Numbered from the stretch's first letter, positions 1-7,637 are shown. The stretch is 64,000 bases of DNA from an uncultured Bacteroidales bacterium (GCA_902791295.1 CADAVI010000002.1:270-64269); one strand, 5' to 3'. The notes: generated by a model from the letters alone, not told the origin. Translations and numbers: made by a program.

Positions 1-27
1 CAGAAAAGTCTGCAGGCGCGAAAATGC

Positions 28-444
28 TTACATTTTTTGCAAGATGTTTGGCGGAAGAACAATCATTAACCCGCCTTCATCACTGTGAACATTGCGTAGC
101 GTGATTCCGACGTCGCTCCAAACACATCTTCCGTAAAACTTCCCGTCAACGTCATTGGTTCCTCCTTCACAGTCTTCAATATCCGGATTGCCATATCGTT
201 GAGAAATCCCGTTTCTCAATGCTTCATAATCCGAGATACTTTGATGTGACGTGACAAGAACGACGCTTGTAAAAACTGATTCCCCGTCATGCTCTACTAC
301 CTCGTAATTGACTCCGAAGGGAATTCCGCAAATCACCACGCGCTGTATGTCTTTCTTCTCTGCCTCATCAACAGAAACCGTTTTATGTTGGCAGGAGGAG
401 TAAGTTATTAAACCCGCAAGACAGAGGACGAGAATTCTAACCAT
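28..444 (-). CDS. hypothetical lipoprotein (138 aa)
   Basis: ORF track. N-terminal hydrophobic signal ending in Cys (LAGLITYSSC). Overlaps the upstream ORF by 8 nt, suggesting an operon. Low-GC island. Confidence 0.55.
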   Translation of the reverse strand: MVRILVLCLAGLITYSSCQHKTVSVDEAEKKDIQRVVICGIPFGVNYEVVEHDGESVFTSVVLVTSHQSISDYEALRNGISQRYGNPDIEDCEGGTNDVDGKFYGRCVWSDVGITLRNVHSDEGGLMIVLPPNILQKM

Positions 445-784
445 CGCTCAGTTCTCTATGATGAATGCTCTTGTTGTTTGATTCAGCATAGAATTGCCAC
501 CTCTCTCCGTCTTCTTTCGTCTCGTCCCACCTTACATACAGCGTATCTAATCCCTTTCCTGTGAAATTGCCGACAATTGTATCTTTTTCATCATGGCCTG
601 CAACGGTATTATACTTAATCATTAGGTCTTCATATGTCATTTCGGACAGGGGGATATTATCAACATCCCTCTCTGCCCTCTCGGCGGACTCTATCTTTTT
701 CGTCTCTTCTTCCTGCACCTTATTGCCGCAACCAGTAAAAGCCATCACACCAGTAATGCAGAGAACAAATAGTTTTGGTCTCAT
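437..784 (-). CDS. hypothetical lipoprotein (115 aa)
   Basis: Internal ATG at 784 of track ORF 437..1051 gives MRPKLFVLCITGVMAFTGCGNK, a signal peptide plus lipobox Cys. The longer N-terminal extension overlaps ORF 796..1098 and looks non-coding. Confidence 0.55.
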   Translation of the reverse strand: MRPKLFVLCITGVMAFTGCGNKVQEEETKKIESAERAERDVDNIPLSEMTYEDLMIKYNTVAGHDEKDTIVGNFTGKGLDTLYVRWDETKEDGERWQFYAESNNKSIHHRELSDG

Positions 785-795
785 CTTTGTAGAAT

Positions 796-1098
796 TTAAT
801 TCGGGGTTCCCTTCTTGGTGTTTCGTGCAATCTCTTCCACAGCAGAAGCAATACGCGAGAGATTTAGTACCAACGACAACGCCACCAGGAAGAGAAGTGA
901 GCAGATGACATCCCCAACGACTGAACCGAGGGAACTTGCGCCGTTTACTTGTTCTTCTATTGTTAAATGGCCCACAAAACTTTCTATAACATATAGCACA
1001 AGAAAAGCGAGGATAATCAACAATGAGATAATTACAATTACCAGGTCCCAATTTTTCAGCCTCATGACGGCACTAACGATGTTTTTAATTGTTTTCAT
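796..1098 (-). CDS. small membrane protein (100 aa, two hydrophobic helices)
   Basis: ORF track. Segments WDLVIVIISLLIILAFLVLYVI and VICSLLFLVALSLVLNL look like TM helices. It sits 11 nt upstream of the next gene. Confidence 0.5.
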   Translation of the reverse strand: MKTIKNIVSAVMRLKNWDLVIVIISLLIILAFLVLYVIESFVGHLTIEEQVNGASSLGSVVGDVICSLLFLVALSLVLNLSRIASAVEEIARNTKKGTPN

Positions 1099-1169
1099 AA
1101 CGCGTTTTATCGTTTAAAGTAGAATCTGTTCCTGTTTTTGTCAGGTGTCAAAACCAACATTTAGATCAA

Positions 1170-1556
1170 TCAAAACGGGCGAACGACTTCCGGCAATATC
1201 TCCACTGGCACTTTCTTACCTTCATCCTCTGCCATCATCACCTCTCCATTTACGTACTTACAGCAATCAAGCCTTAGAGCTTTACATTGTTGCAACTGGT
1301 TGGGAAATAAATCTTGTAGCACAACTCCCGCAATATATCCGTCACGACTTCCTTCTGTTAAATACATACGACCAGCATTATTCGTCATATTATTAATTTT
1401 TGCATTGTTCTTGACAGCCACTTGTCTGGCCTCGTAAACAATATGTTCAAGAATAGCTTTTTCATTCAAGGTTTTAGACAAAGATAAATAGGTAGCACAA
1501 ACACCAACAAAAGCACCTACTACCAAGCAAATAATGGGGACAAAAAACTTCTTCAT
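1170..1556 (-). CDS. membrane-anchored or secreted hypothetical protein (128 aa)
   Basis: ORF track. N-terminal MKKFFVPIICLVVGAFVGVCA signal/anchor. First gene downstream of the island promoter at 1628-1678. Confidence 0.55.
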   Translation of the reverse strand: MKKFFVPIICLVVGAFVGVCATYLSLSKTLNEKAILEHIVYEARQVAVKNNAKINNMTNNAGRMYLTEGSRDGYIAGVVLQDLFPNQLQQCKALRLDCCKYVNGEVMMAEDEGKKVPVEILPEVVRPF

Positions 1557-1627
1557 AATTGGGATATTTTACATCAGTTATTAAATAATTTAGACGAACA
1601 TGCGGCAGATTACCGCCTTCTCTGGTG

Positions 1628-1678
1628 CAAATATACACAATTAAAAACTATCGCCTCAGCTTTTGCAAGGCTTGCAGA
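1628..1678 (-). promoter_or_regulatory. island promoter 1: TATATTTG -7 box plus 17-nt conserved element containing the palindrome TGCAAG-G-CTTGCA
   Basis: Minus-strand reading is TCTGCAAGCCTTGCAAA-N26-TATATTTG. The plus-strand palindrome is at 1664-1676 and the -7 box at 1628-1635. It is 72 nt upstream of the ATG at 1556. Confidence 0.55.
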
Positions 1679-1776
1679 GGTGGCAGTTCGTATACGTTTC
1701 ACTTCGTGCGACAAAAATTCTCCCCAAAAAGTATCTTTTTTGTCCAGAAAATTTGGATTATAAATCCATTTTACTA

Positions 1777-1784
1777 TACCTTTG
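1777..1784 (+). promoter_or_regulatory. Bacteroidota-type -7 box TACCTTTG
   Basis: Matches TAnnTTTG. Lies upstream of sORF 1839 and gene 2024, divergent from promoter 1. Confidence 0.4.
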
Positions 1785-1838
1785 CCAAAGAAGGCGAGGC
1801 ATAGTGCCAAGCCATATAAAATTTTAATTTATATACAT

Positions 1839-2018
1839 ATGAAAGAACAAGGTTTAGTTCTTTGTGCTAGTTGTAGAAACAAGCAAAAGAGAGATGATTT
1901 AAAAAAAGAAGAGTATTATTGTAGTGTTGTTGATGGCATTGTTCCAAATGGAATAATCACGTCTGATACGGAAGCCCTAACGTGTATAGATAAAGGATTG
2001 TTTAATGGAATAAAATAA
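1839..2018 (+). CDS. small Cys-containing protein (59 aa), possible zinc-ribbon
   Basis: In-frame ATG at 1839 of track ORF 1782..2018, 55 nt downstream of a TACCTTTG -7 box. Has CASC plus two further Cys. Its stop lies 5 nt before the next ATG. Confidence 0.35.
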   Translation: MKEQGLVLCASCRNKQKRDDLKKEEYYCSVVDGIVPNGIITSDTEALTCIDKGLFNGIK

Positions 2019-2023
2019 ATATT

Positions 2024-2641
2024 ATGATTATACTTGAATCTAAAATCGAAAATATCCAGAAGATTAAAAGAGAGAAACCTGGTGCAATAATTGTAGATGT
2101 TACAATTGATTCAAATAGCGAATATCGAAAACTTCACCCTTCATTTGATTGGGGAAATATTCCCTTTCCATACGAATATGGTCTTGTTACCGCAACTAGT
2201 GTTAAAGCAGTTTGGAATACGTTAAAAATAAAAGAGAACGACAATAGTGGGTTTAGAAGAGATAGTTATAGTAATACCATATATGACTACTTAGAGGCAA
2301 GAAAAAAATTGTTTATTCCAACTTATAGATGGATGTTGGAATATAATGCAGCAAAGATTATAAAAGAAATGAGGAGAGCAAATCAAGACAAAACACTTGT
2401 TTTATATGGTATTGAGGATAATTACAAAATTGAAAATCTCGACAAGCCCTTATCTCATGCATTTCTTATCAAAGCTTATGTCGAAGGACTTGCCCCATTT
2501 GCGGATGTTATAATTGAAACGACGGAACATCATACTTATTTTGGAAGAAAAGTTCTTTGCTGGGTTACACACGAGAAAAAATTTAAAGAATTTCCGCCAA
2601 AAAAAACACAAAATCAACAACTAGAGATAGAATTTGACTAG
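2024..2641 (+). CDS. hypothetical protein (205 aa), family not recognised
   Basis: ORF track. No signal peptide. Tightly coupled to the upstream sORF. I could not assign a domain by eye. Confidence 0.6.
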   Translation: MIILESKIENIQKIKREKPGAIIVDVTIDSNSEYRKLHPSFDWGNIPFPYEYGLVTATSVKAVWNTLKIKENDNSGFRRDSYSNTIYDYLEARKKLFIPTYRWMLEYNAAKIIKEMRRANQDKTLVLYGIEDNYKIENLDKPLSHAFLIKAYVEGLAPFADVIIETTEHHTYFGRKVLCWVTHEKKFKEFPPKKTQNQQLEIEFD

Positions 2642-2670
2642 CATCTTTATCTTGACGCATTTATACATAT

Positions 2671-2701
2671 ATCTTTGGGATTGTTTGTTTTTTCCAAAGA
2701 T
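2671..2701. terminator. hairpin between convergent genes (ATCTTTGG-15 nt-CCAAAGAT)
   Basis: 8-bp inverted repeat at 2671-2678 / 2694-2701 with a T-rich loop, lying between convergent genes 2024..2641 (+) and 2819..4342 (-). Confidence 0.35.
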
Positions 2702-2818
2702 ACCTGCACCAAGACAAATTACTCTTTCGCGTACCTAATATGATACAAACTTTGCCATTATAGAATCGTCAATTTTGAAAATATAATCCTGATATTTTTA
2801 CATATACAATTTGGTATA

Positions 2819-4342
2819 TTAATTATTATTGCTGTTAAAAAAATCCTCAGGGGAACCCTCTACTAAAAGATTTTCCGGAAAATAACAACGGAACATTTCT
2901 TTTGTGCCTTGGGGTATAAATATATATTTTAAAGAAATACATTTTCCAATGGAATAATGCAACCGAAAAATATCCCCATCTATGTGTTCTATTGTATCGG
3001 GCATAACTACATAACGAAGTTTTTCACAATATTCAAAACAATCGTCACCGATAATTTTTACACCATTAGGAATAACTATTTTTTCCAAATTTCTACAACC
3101 TCTAAAAGCTGCAGGACCAATTTCTATTAATCCACGTTGTATTATTATCTCCTTTAAGTTACTACAATTCATGAACGTAAATAGTCCAAAGGACTTCAGG
3201 CTACGAGGAAGAATTATTTTCTCCAGACTATCACAACCACTAAACGCGCCAGTTATCTCAGTTACACCAAATGGAACCTCAAATTCTGTTTCTGAGCCAA
3301 AGTATCTAATTAATCTTTGTTGTTTCTCGTCATACAAACAATCATTTTTTATTCTAAAATCTGGAGAATAATTCACTATTTTCTTTAAACCCGTATTAGA
3401 AAATGCTGAAACTCCAATATAAGAAACATTTGGGGGTATTGTTATCTTATTTAATTTCTCACAAAAACAAAATGCAGAATCTCCAATATACTGTAAAGAT
3501 GCTGGTAAAATAATATCTTTTATAGCCCTACAATTAAATGCGCGTTTCCCAATACACACAAGAGATCTAGGCAACATTATTTGTTCAAGAAGTTCGCTAG
3601 AAACAGCATCAGAACAAATCGACTTAGTGCCTTCTAGAATTTTTAGCACTTTGTCTTCGTTTCCTTTTACATAATACCTAAAGTCAAGTCTTAAGAATTT
3701 TTTATAATCGGACGAATAACATGCCATTCCAAATTTTTGTTCAAAATCGACTTTTGTCTTTTCTTCTCTACTCGTCTCTGGGTCTATTAAACTTTTGATT
3801 TCTTCCTCGGACAATTTTGCAACCGTCTCTACAGAATAAATTAACTCATCTGTCCCAGTCGTTTTCTCTGTGCGATTAAATAAGTCAGATTCCCATCCGT
3901 GATTATCCCCTTTTGATAAAATATTTGTAGCAGATTCCTTTTCTTGGCCGGATATAGAAGATTTGGATGTTTTCCTCGTCTCATCTTCTTCTACATGGTC
4001 TTTTATTTCACCAATAGAATTATAAAAATAATCGTCACTATCAAGATCTCTTAACATCAGTTCCGTTCTTTCTCTTTCAATTTCCTCCCTCGATAATGAA
4101 TCTTCATAACTATCGTCCCCGTCATTATCTGTATTCTTTGATTCATCGTTACCAAACATTTCTTTTATAACCCATAGTATTCCAAATAACAATGCAGCAC
4201 CAAGAAGACCACTAAAAGGCCCTCCACCACTATCTTCTGCGATTTCCCGCTCCATACCAAATTGTGCAGATAACTTTTCTGCATGGAACAGTATCATAAA
4301 AAATATTGCAGCATATCTATTTTGTCGAGGAAGTAATTTCAT
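2819..4342 (-). CDS. BspA-type leucine-rich-repeat protein with N-terminal TM segment and acidic linker (507 aa)
   Basis: C-terminal half shows repeated I-P-x-x-V/L-x-x-I-G-x-x-A-F-x-x-C-x-x-L motifs (ILPASLQYIGDSAFCFCEKLNKITIPPNVSYIGVSAF..), typical of Bacteroidales/Treponema BspA-like LRR (LRR_5). TM segment is GLLGAALLFGILWVI. The linker is D/E/S-rich. Confidence 0.8.
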   Translation of the reverse strand: MKLLPRQNRYAAIFFMILFHAEKLSAQFGMEREIAEDSGGGPFSGLLGAALLFGILWVIKEMFGNDESKNTDNDGDDSYEDSLSREEIERERTELMLRDLDSDDYFYNSIGEIKDHVEEDETRKTSKSSISGQEKESATNILSKGDNHGWESDLFNRTEKTTGTDELIYSVETVAKLSEEEIKSLIDPETSREEKTKVDFEQKFGMACYSSDYKKFLRLDFRYYVKGNEDKVLKILEGTKSICSDAVSSELLEQIMLPRSLVCIGKRAFNCRAIKDIILPASLQYIGDSAFCFCEKLNKITIPPNVSYIGVSAFSNTGLKKIVNYSPDFRIKNDCLYDEKQQRLIRYFGSETEFEVPFGVTEITGAFSGCDSLEKIILPRSLKSFGLFTFMNCSNLKEIIIQRGLIEIGPAAFRGCRNLEKIVIPNGVKIIGDDCFEYCEKLRYVVMPDTIEHIDGDIFRLHYSIGKCISLKYIFIPQGTKEMFRCYFPENLLVEGSPEDFFNSNNN

Positions 4343-4367
4343 GTTGTGATAATAAATACTGTACTTA

Positions 4368-5423
4368 CTATTTTAGAATCCCACTCTCATCCTCCACCAA
4401 GCTTCTATCCAATCTTATATACTTGGGCTCCGAGCTGTATCCGATGATATAATAATGTCTGGCCAAATCTTCTGTGAAACTGTTGACGAAAGCAGCTCGG
4501 ATGCGGCTGCATTTTTCGTTGATAGAATTATTGGTAGGATCCACCAAATCATCAATGCTTTTCTCCAGTTTGTCTATATCTTCGCGATTTGAAAGACGAT
4601 AGTATATTTGCAACAACTCTTCCTTATGTTCCACGAGTCTCTTGAGGCGAACACCTTCCGGATGACGCAGGAAGAAGAAAAAGACAACCTTAGAGAGAGT
4701 CGGCATCGAAATCTGGAGATTATCGTAATCCGTCAAGATGATTTGATAATCCTTAGTGATGCGAAGGCGGCTTAATTTTGGTTCCGGCAGGACAATCAGT
4801 TTACGAATGACGTAACTGGAAACGCCAGACATCTGCAACTGCTTGATTCGCTCGTTTATATCATTAGCTTGTGCATAAACCCACTCCAAATCTACGTCCT
4901 GTTCTATTCTACGCCTAGAAGTCACATCCGTGATACTACTGGCACGCACTCCTGAAGATAGTACTGGAGCAGAGACTATTTCTTTTATCTGGTTTACAAA
5001 CTGATTATCATCTTCGTAATACAGAGGGAATACCGAAAAATAGAAACAGTAATCACGCCAGTAATTGTATCGCATAATGACTGGCGTTTGGAAGAGTTCA
5101 ATTCCGCTCGTACAATATGAGAGTATCTCCCGATACATGTTTTGAACGTGCACATTCGTCCTCTCCGCACGACTCGCATCCGGCCAAGGAAAATTATAGT
5201 GTAGAATAGCATCCTGATGCCTAACAATATCCGGAAGATAAACAAAGGGACGATTCTCACCAAATAATTCGACGACAGAACTATAGTTGTTGTCGATGTA
5301 GTTGTTCACTTGATTTGCGCCGCTCTGAGGCTCCAAGTATATACAACTACCACGCTTAGGTTCAAATGGCAAGTCGTTGCTAAAAATGGCTATGTTGGAG
5401 TTATCTTGATTTGACATACTCAT
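4368..5423 (-). CDS. hypothetical protein (351 aa) with a helical, HTH-like C-terminal region
   Basis: ORF track. Lies 25 nt upstream of the LRR gene. The C-terminal segment LSKVVFFFFLRHPEGVRLKRLVEHKEELLQIYYRLS...NSINEKCSRIRAAF resembles a helix-turn-helix-like module by eye only. Confidence 0.65.
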   Translation of the reverse strand: MSMSNQDNSNIAIFSNDLPFEPKRGSCIYLEPQSGANQVNNYIDNNYSSVVELFGENRPFVYLPDIVRHQDAILHYNFPWPDASRAERTNVHVQNMYREILSYCTSGIELFQTPVIMRYNYWRDYCFYFSVFPLYYEDDNQFVNQIKEIVSAPVLSSGVRASSITDVTSRRRIEQDVDLEWVYAQANDINERIKQLQMSGVSSYVIRKLIVLPEPKLSRLRITKDYQIILTDYDNLQISMPTLSKVVFFFFLRHPEGVRLKRLVEHKEELLQIYYRLSNREDIDKLEKSIDDLVDPTNNSINEKCSRIRAAFVNSFTEDLARHYYIIGYSSEPKYIRLDRSLVEDESGILK

Positions 5424-5462
5424 GATTTCCTTATCGTTGACTGTAAAATCATATTTCTGCTA

Positions 5463-5513
5463 CAAAAATATGAAATCTTTTTTTGTTGTGCCGTAGTTTG
5501 CAAGGCTTGCAGA
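5463..5513 (-). promoter_or_regulatory. island promoter 2: TATTTTTG -7 box plus the same 17-nt palindrome-containing element
   Basis: Minus-strand reading is TCTGCAAGCCTTGCAAA-N26-TATTTTTG. The palindrome is at 5499-5511 and the -7 box at 5463-5470. It is 40 nt upstream of the ATG at 5423. The 17-mer and the 26-nt spacing are identical to those at 1628-1678. Confidence 0.55.
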
Positions 5514-5675
5514 TGTTTTTTCACAGATTAGACCCTACAAAAATACAAAAAAATAATTCACATCCAACTCTCAGGGGCAGATTTTCTTGAAATCCGTTCT
5601 TATTTTTTTCAAAAAAAAACAAAATGATAATTTGAGAAAAAGAGAAAACTCAGGGAACAAACATCCGTTCCGGTT

Positions 5676-5800
5676 AAAAAATTTTGTGCACCAGTTAGAG
5701 AACATTTAAGCGCCTTAGTTAGGGAGCGGAAATTTGCACCTCCACGGGAGAAAATTTGCGGCCCCGTGGAAAAACGGATTTTCGACCTCGGGAACGAAAA
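5676..5800. repeat. degenerate tandem array of about 22-28 bp units (AAATTTGCnn-CCnnnnnGGGAGAAA-like), five units
   Basis: Unit anchors (ATTT) at 5681, 5704, 5732, 5754 and 5778. Units include CCAGTTAGAGAA, CCTTAGTTAGGGA, CCTCCACGGGAGAA, CCCCGTGGAAAAA and CCTCGGGAACGAAAAA. Confidence 0.6.
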
Positions 5801-6010
5801 ACGGCCGCTCATGCGCTTTGTCAAGATTTACGATTTCCTCCGCTGTTTTCTTGGGGGGAGACGGGCACGCAAACAGCGCAGAAATTTTAAATATGATGAA
5901 CGCGAATAACCATGAATGGACCACGAATTTCACAGCGGGAAATACGGAAAATGCGGAATTGCGAAAATCTGTCATCACACATCAGCCTTCTATCCTTTGA
6001 CTTTCTTTTG

Positions 6011-6063
6011 ACATCCGAACCCGCTTTCACGGTCTCTGGTCGACCTCTGCACGGTCTCTGCAG
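6011..6063. repeat. 52-nt dispersed module containing three tandem 11-mers (CACGGTCTCTG/GTCGACCTCTG/CACGGTCTCTG)
   Basis: ACATCCGAACCCGCTTTCACGGTCTCTGGTCGACCTCTGCACGGTCTCTGCA is about 90% identical (5 mismatches by eye) to 38958-39009. Confidence 0.85.
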
Positions 6064-6084
6064 GGTATTTGAATGAGGGATGAT

Positions 6085-6109
6085 CTGATAATCCGATATT
6101 GATTATCAG
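6085..6109. repeat. hairpin/palindrome CTGATAATC-7 nt-GATTATCAG
   Basis: 9-bp perfect inverted repeat 146 nt beyond the stop of gene 6255..7637. No flanking T-run, so I do not call it a terminator. Confidence 0.7.
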
Positions 6110-6254
6110 GCGTTTATGCCCGTTGAATTCAGTACATTTCTTCGTGTTTCAAAATCCCAAATTTGGACAAAACAACTTATACCAACTTATTCAGGGAACG
6201 GCTTCCGCCCTACATAACGACATATTTTTATGTTTTCAACCGCAAAGACACAGC

Positions 6255-7637
6255 TCAGAACGCGGCGCCGTAACCTGCACAGGGGCTGCCCTCAGCCGGA
6301 GTGAAGTCGTAGAGGAAGAGGGTCGTATCGAAAACCTTATAGAGGCCACGCTCCGCAGGGCTCTTTCCCTTGTTGCCGCGCTTCAAGGCTTCCTCGCTGT
6401 CGTAAAGACAGTTCACGAAGCGCGCATCGTCGGCATCATTCACCGTGTTGAGATAGCACTCCGTGAAGAGCAGCTTCTCCTCACGCGACGCCGGATTGAC
6501 GAAATCGGCACTTATCACGTCGTCGCCGTAGCCCATCACAAGGCAACGTCTGAAGGTGAAGTCCTCGATGGGATGCTCCTCATCGCCGTCACGATTGGCC
6601 ACATGGAGGGCGTCGCCCTTCGTGCCGCTGCCGATGATGAGATACTGCGCCAGCGTGCAACGGTCAAGTTCGGCCTTGCCGCCGATGAGCCACAGAGCAT
6701 GGCCCATTGCATTGGAAATGCGCGTGTTGTGTGCCGTGAGGCGGCAGTCCTTAAGATAGAGGCCAGGACTGTCGTCATATTCCTTCCCCGCCATATTGTG
6801 GAAGATGCAGGACTCCATCGTGAGGTCGGTCTTCTCGGCACGGATGCCCCAGCGCGAGCTGTGCAGGTCGAGCCACGTGAGCGTGTTGTTGCTGCTGGTG
6901 GACTCAAAGACGAGACCGTTCCAGCGATCGGGTGTGTTGTCGTAGGGCACATACCAAAGCAGGTTGTCCGTGCGGTCGCCGCGCATCACGACAGGCTTGC
7001 CCTTCTCGCCCTCCACCTTCAGAGTGCCGCGAACGAGCAGCGACCCGTTGTCGTGGAAGAAGAAGCGCGTGCCGCCTTTGACGGTCATCGTGACGCCCTC
7101 GGAGACCGTCAGCGGCCCCGTCACCAGGATGGGGCGTTTGGACTCAACCGTGACGTCCTCGGAGAGCGTCATGTCGGTCCAGCGATGGACGTCCATGCCG
7201 ATGGCCGAGAGGTCCACCGACTGCACCGTGCCGCTCTCGAGAGAAAAAATCAGACGGTCGTCGTAGTGCGTCACCTCGTCCTTGTCCGTGTCGGGCAGCG
7301 TGCACTCCAGGCGCACGAAGATGCTGTCTTGCGTGCGCACCTCAAAATCGGTGCCCGAGCCGCCGTCGAGATACTGCCCGTCAACATTGACGCGGAAGGG
7401 AGAATCAGCGCCACGCTGCAGCGCCACGCTGCGGATGCGCAGGCCCGCGTCATTATAGTTGCGCACCATGAGCGTGCGCGTGGAAGACCCCTGCGCCGTG
7501 ATGACGGTGTCGAAGGCCACAGTGAAATCGGAAAAGGTCAGACGGGCCGACGGATCCGTCGTAAAGTCGTCGTAGTCGTCACAGGCCGCAAAGAGCAGCG
7601 AGGCGATGGCAAGGATATAGAGGGAAAGGGCTTTCAT
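6255..7637 (-). CDS. lipoprotein, probable parallel beta-helix fold (460 aa)
   Basis: MKALSLYILAIASLLFAACDD is a lipoprotein signal. Repetitive G/N/T-rich beta-strand segments follow. Preferred over the antisense 538-aa ORF 6099..7715, which is Arg/Ala-rich shadow sequence. Confidence 0.7.
   Translation of the reverse strand: MKALSLYILAIASLLFAACDDYDDFTTDPSARLTFSDFTVAFDTVITAQGSSTRTLMVRNYNDAGLRIRSVALQRGADSPFRVNVDGQYLDGGSGTDFEVRTQDSIFVRLECTLPDTDKDEVTHYDDRLIFSLESGTVQSVDLSAIGMDVHRWTDMTLSEDVTVESKRPILVTGPLTVSEGVTMTVKGGTRFFFHDNGSLLVRGTLKVEGEKGKPVVMRGDRTDNLLWYVPYDNTPDRWNGLVFESTSSNNTLTWLDLHSSRWGIRAEKTDLTMESCIFHNMAGKEYDDSPGLYLKDCRLTAHNTRISNAMGHALWLIGGKAELDRCTLAQYLIIGSGTKGDALHVANRDGDEEHPIEDFTFRRCLVMGYGDDVISADFVNPASREEKLLFTECYLNTVNDADDARFVNCLYDSEEALKRGNKGKSPAERGLYKVFDTTLFLYDFTPAEGSPCAGYGAAF

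Larger units (their letters stand above)
1..5550. other. low-GC accessory island (right-hand part; left edge lies outside the window)
   Basis: Hand-counted GC of single 60-nt lines: 601-660 35%, 2041-2100 30%, 3001-3060 28%, 4381-4440 47%, versus 60% (9001-9060) and 65% (30001-30060) in the core. All ORFs here lack housekeeping signatures. Confidence 0.7.

Noticed and set aside
1610-1810. 66-aa minus-strand ORF upstream of gene 1170..1556
   Set aside because: It overlaps the conserved palindrome and -7 box of island promoter 1 and the divergent -7 box at 1777-1784. It is most likely a promoter region, not coding.
5609-6000. Three overlapping 71-88-aa ORFs in the island junction region
   Set aside because: They lie in degenerate tandem-repeat DNA. 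Their products are low-complexity and mutually overlapping on both strands, and none has a -7 box at a sensible distance.
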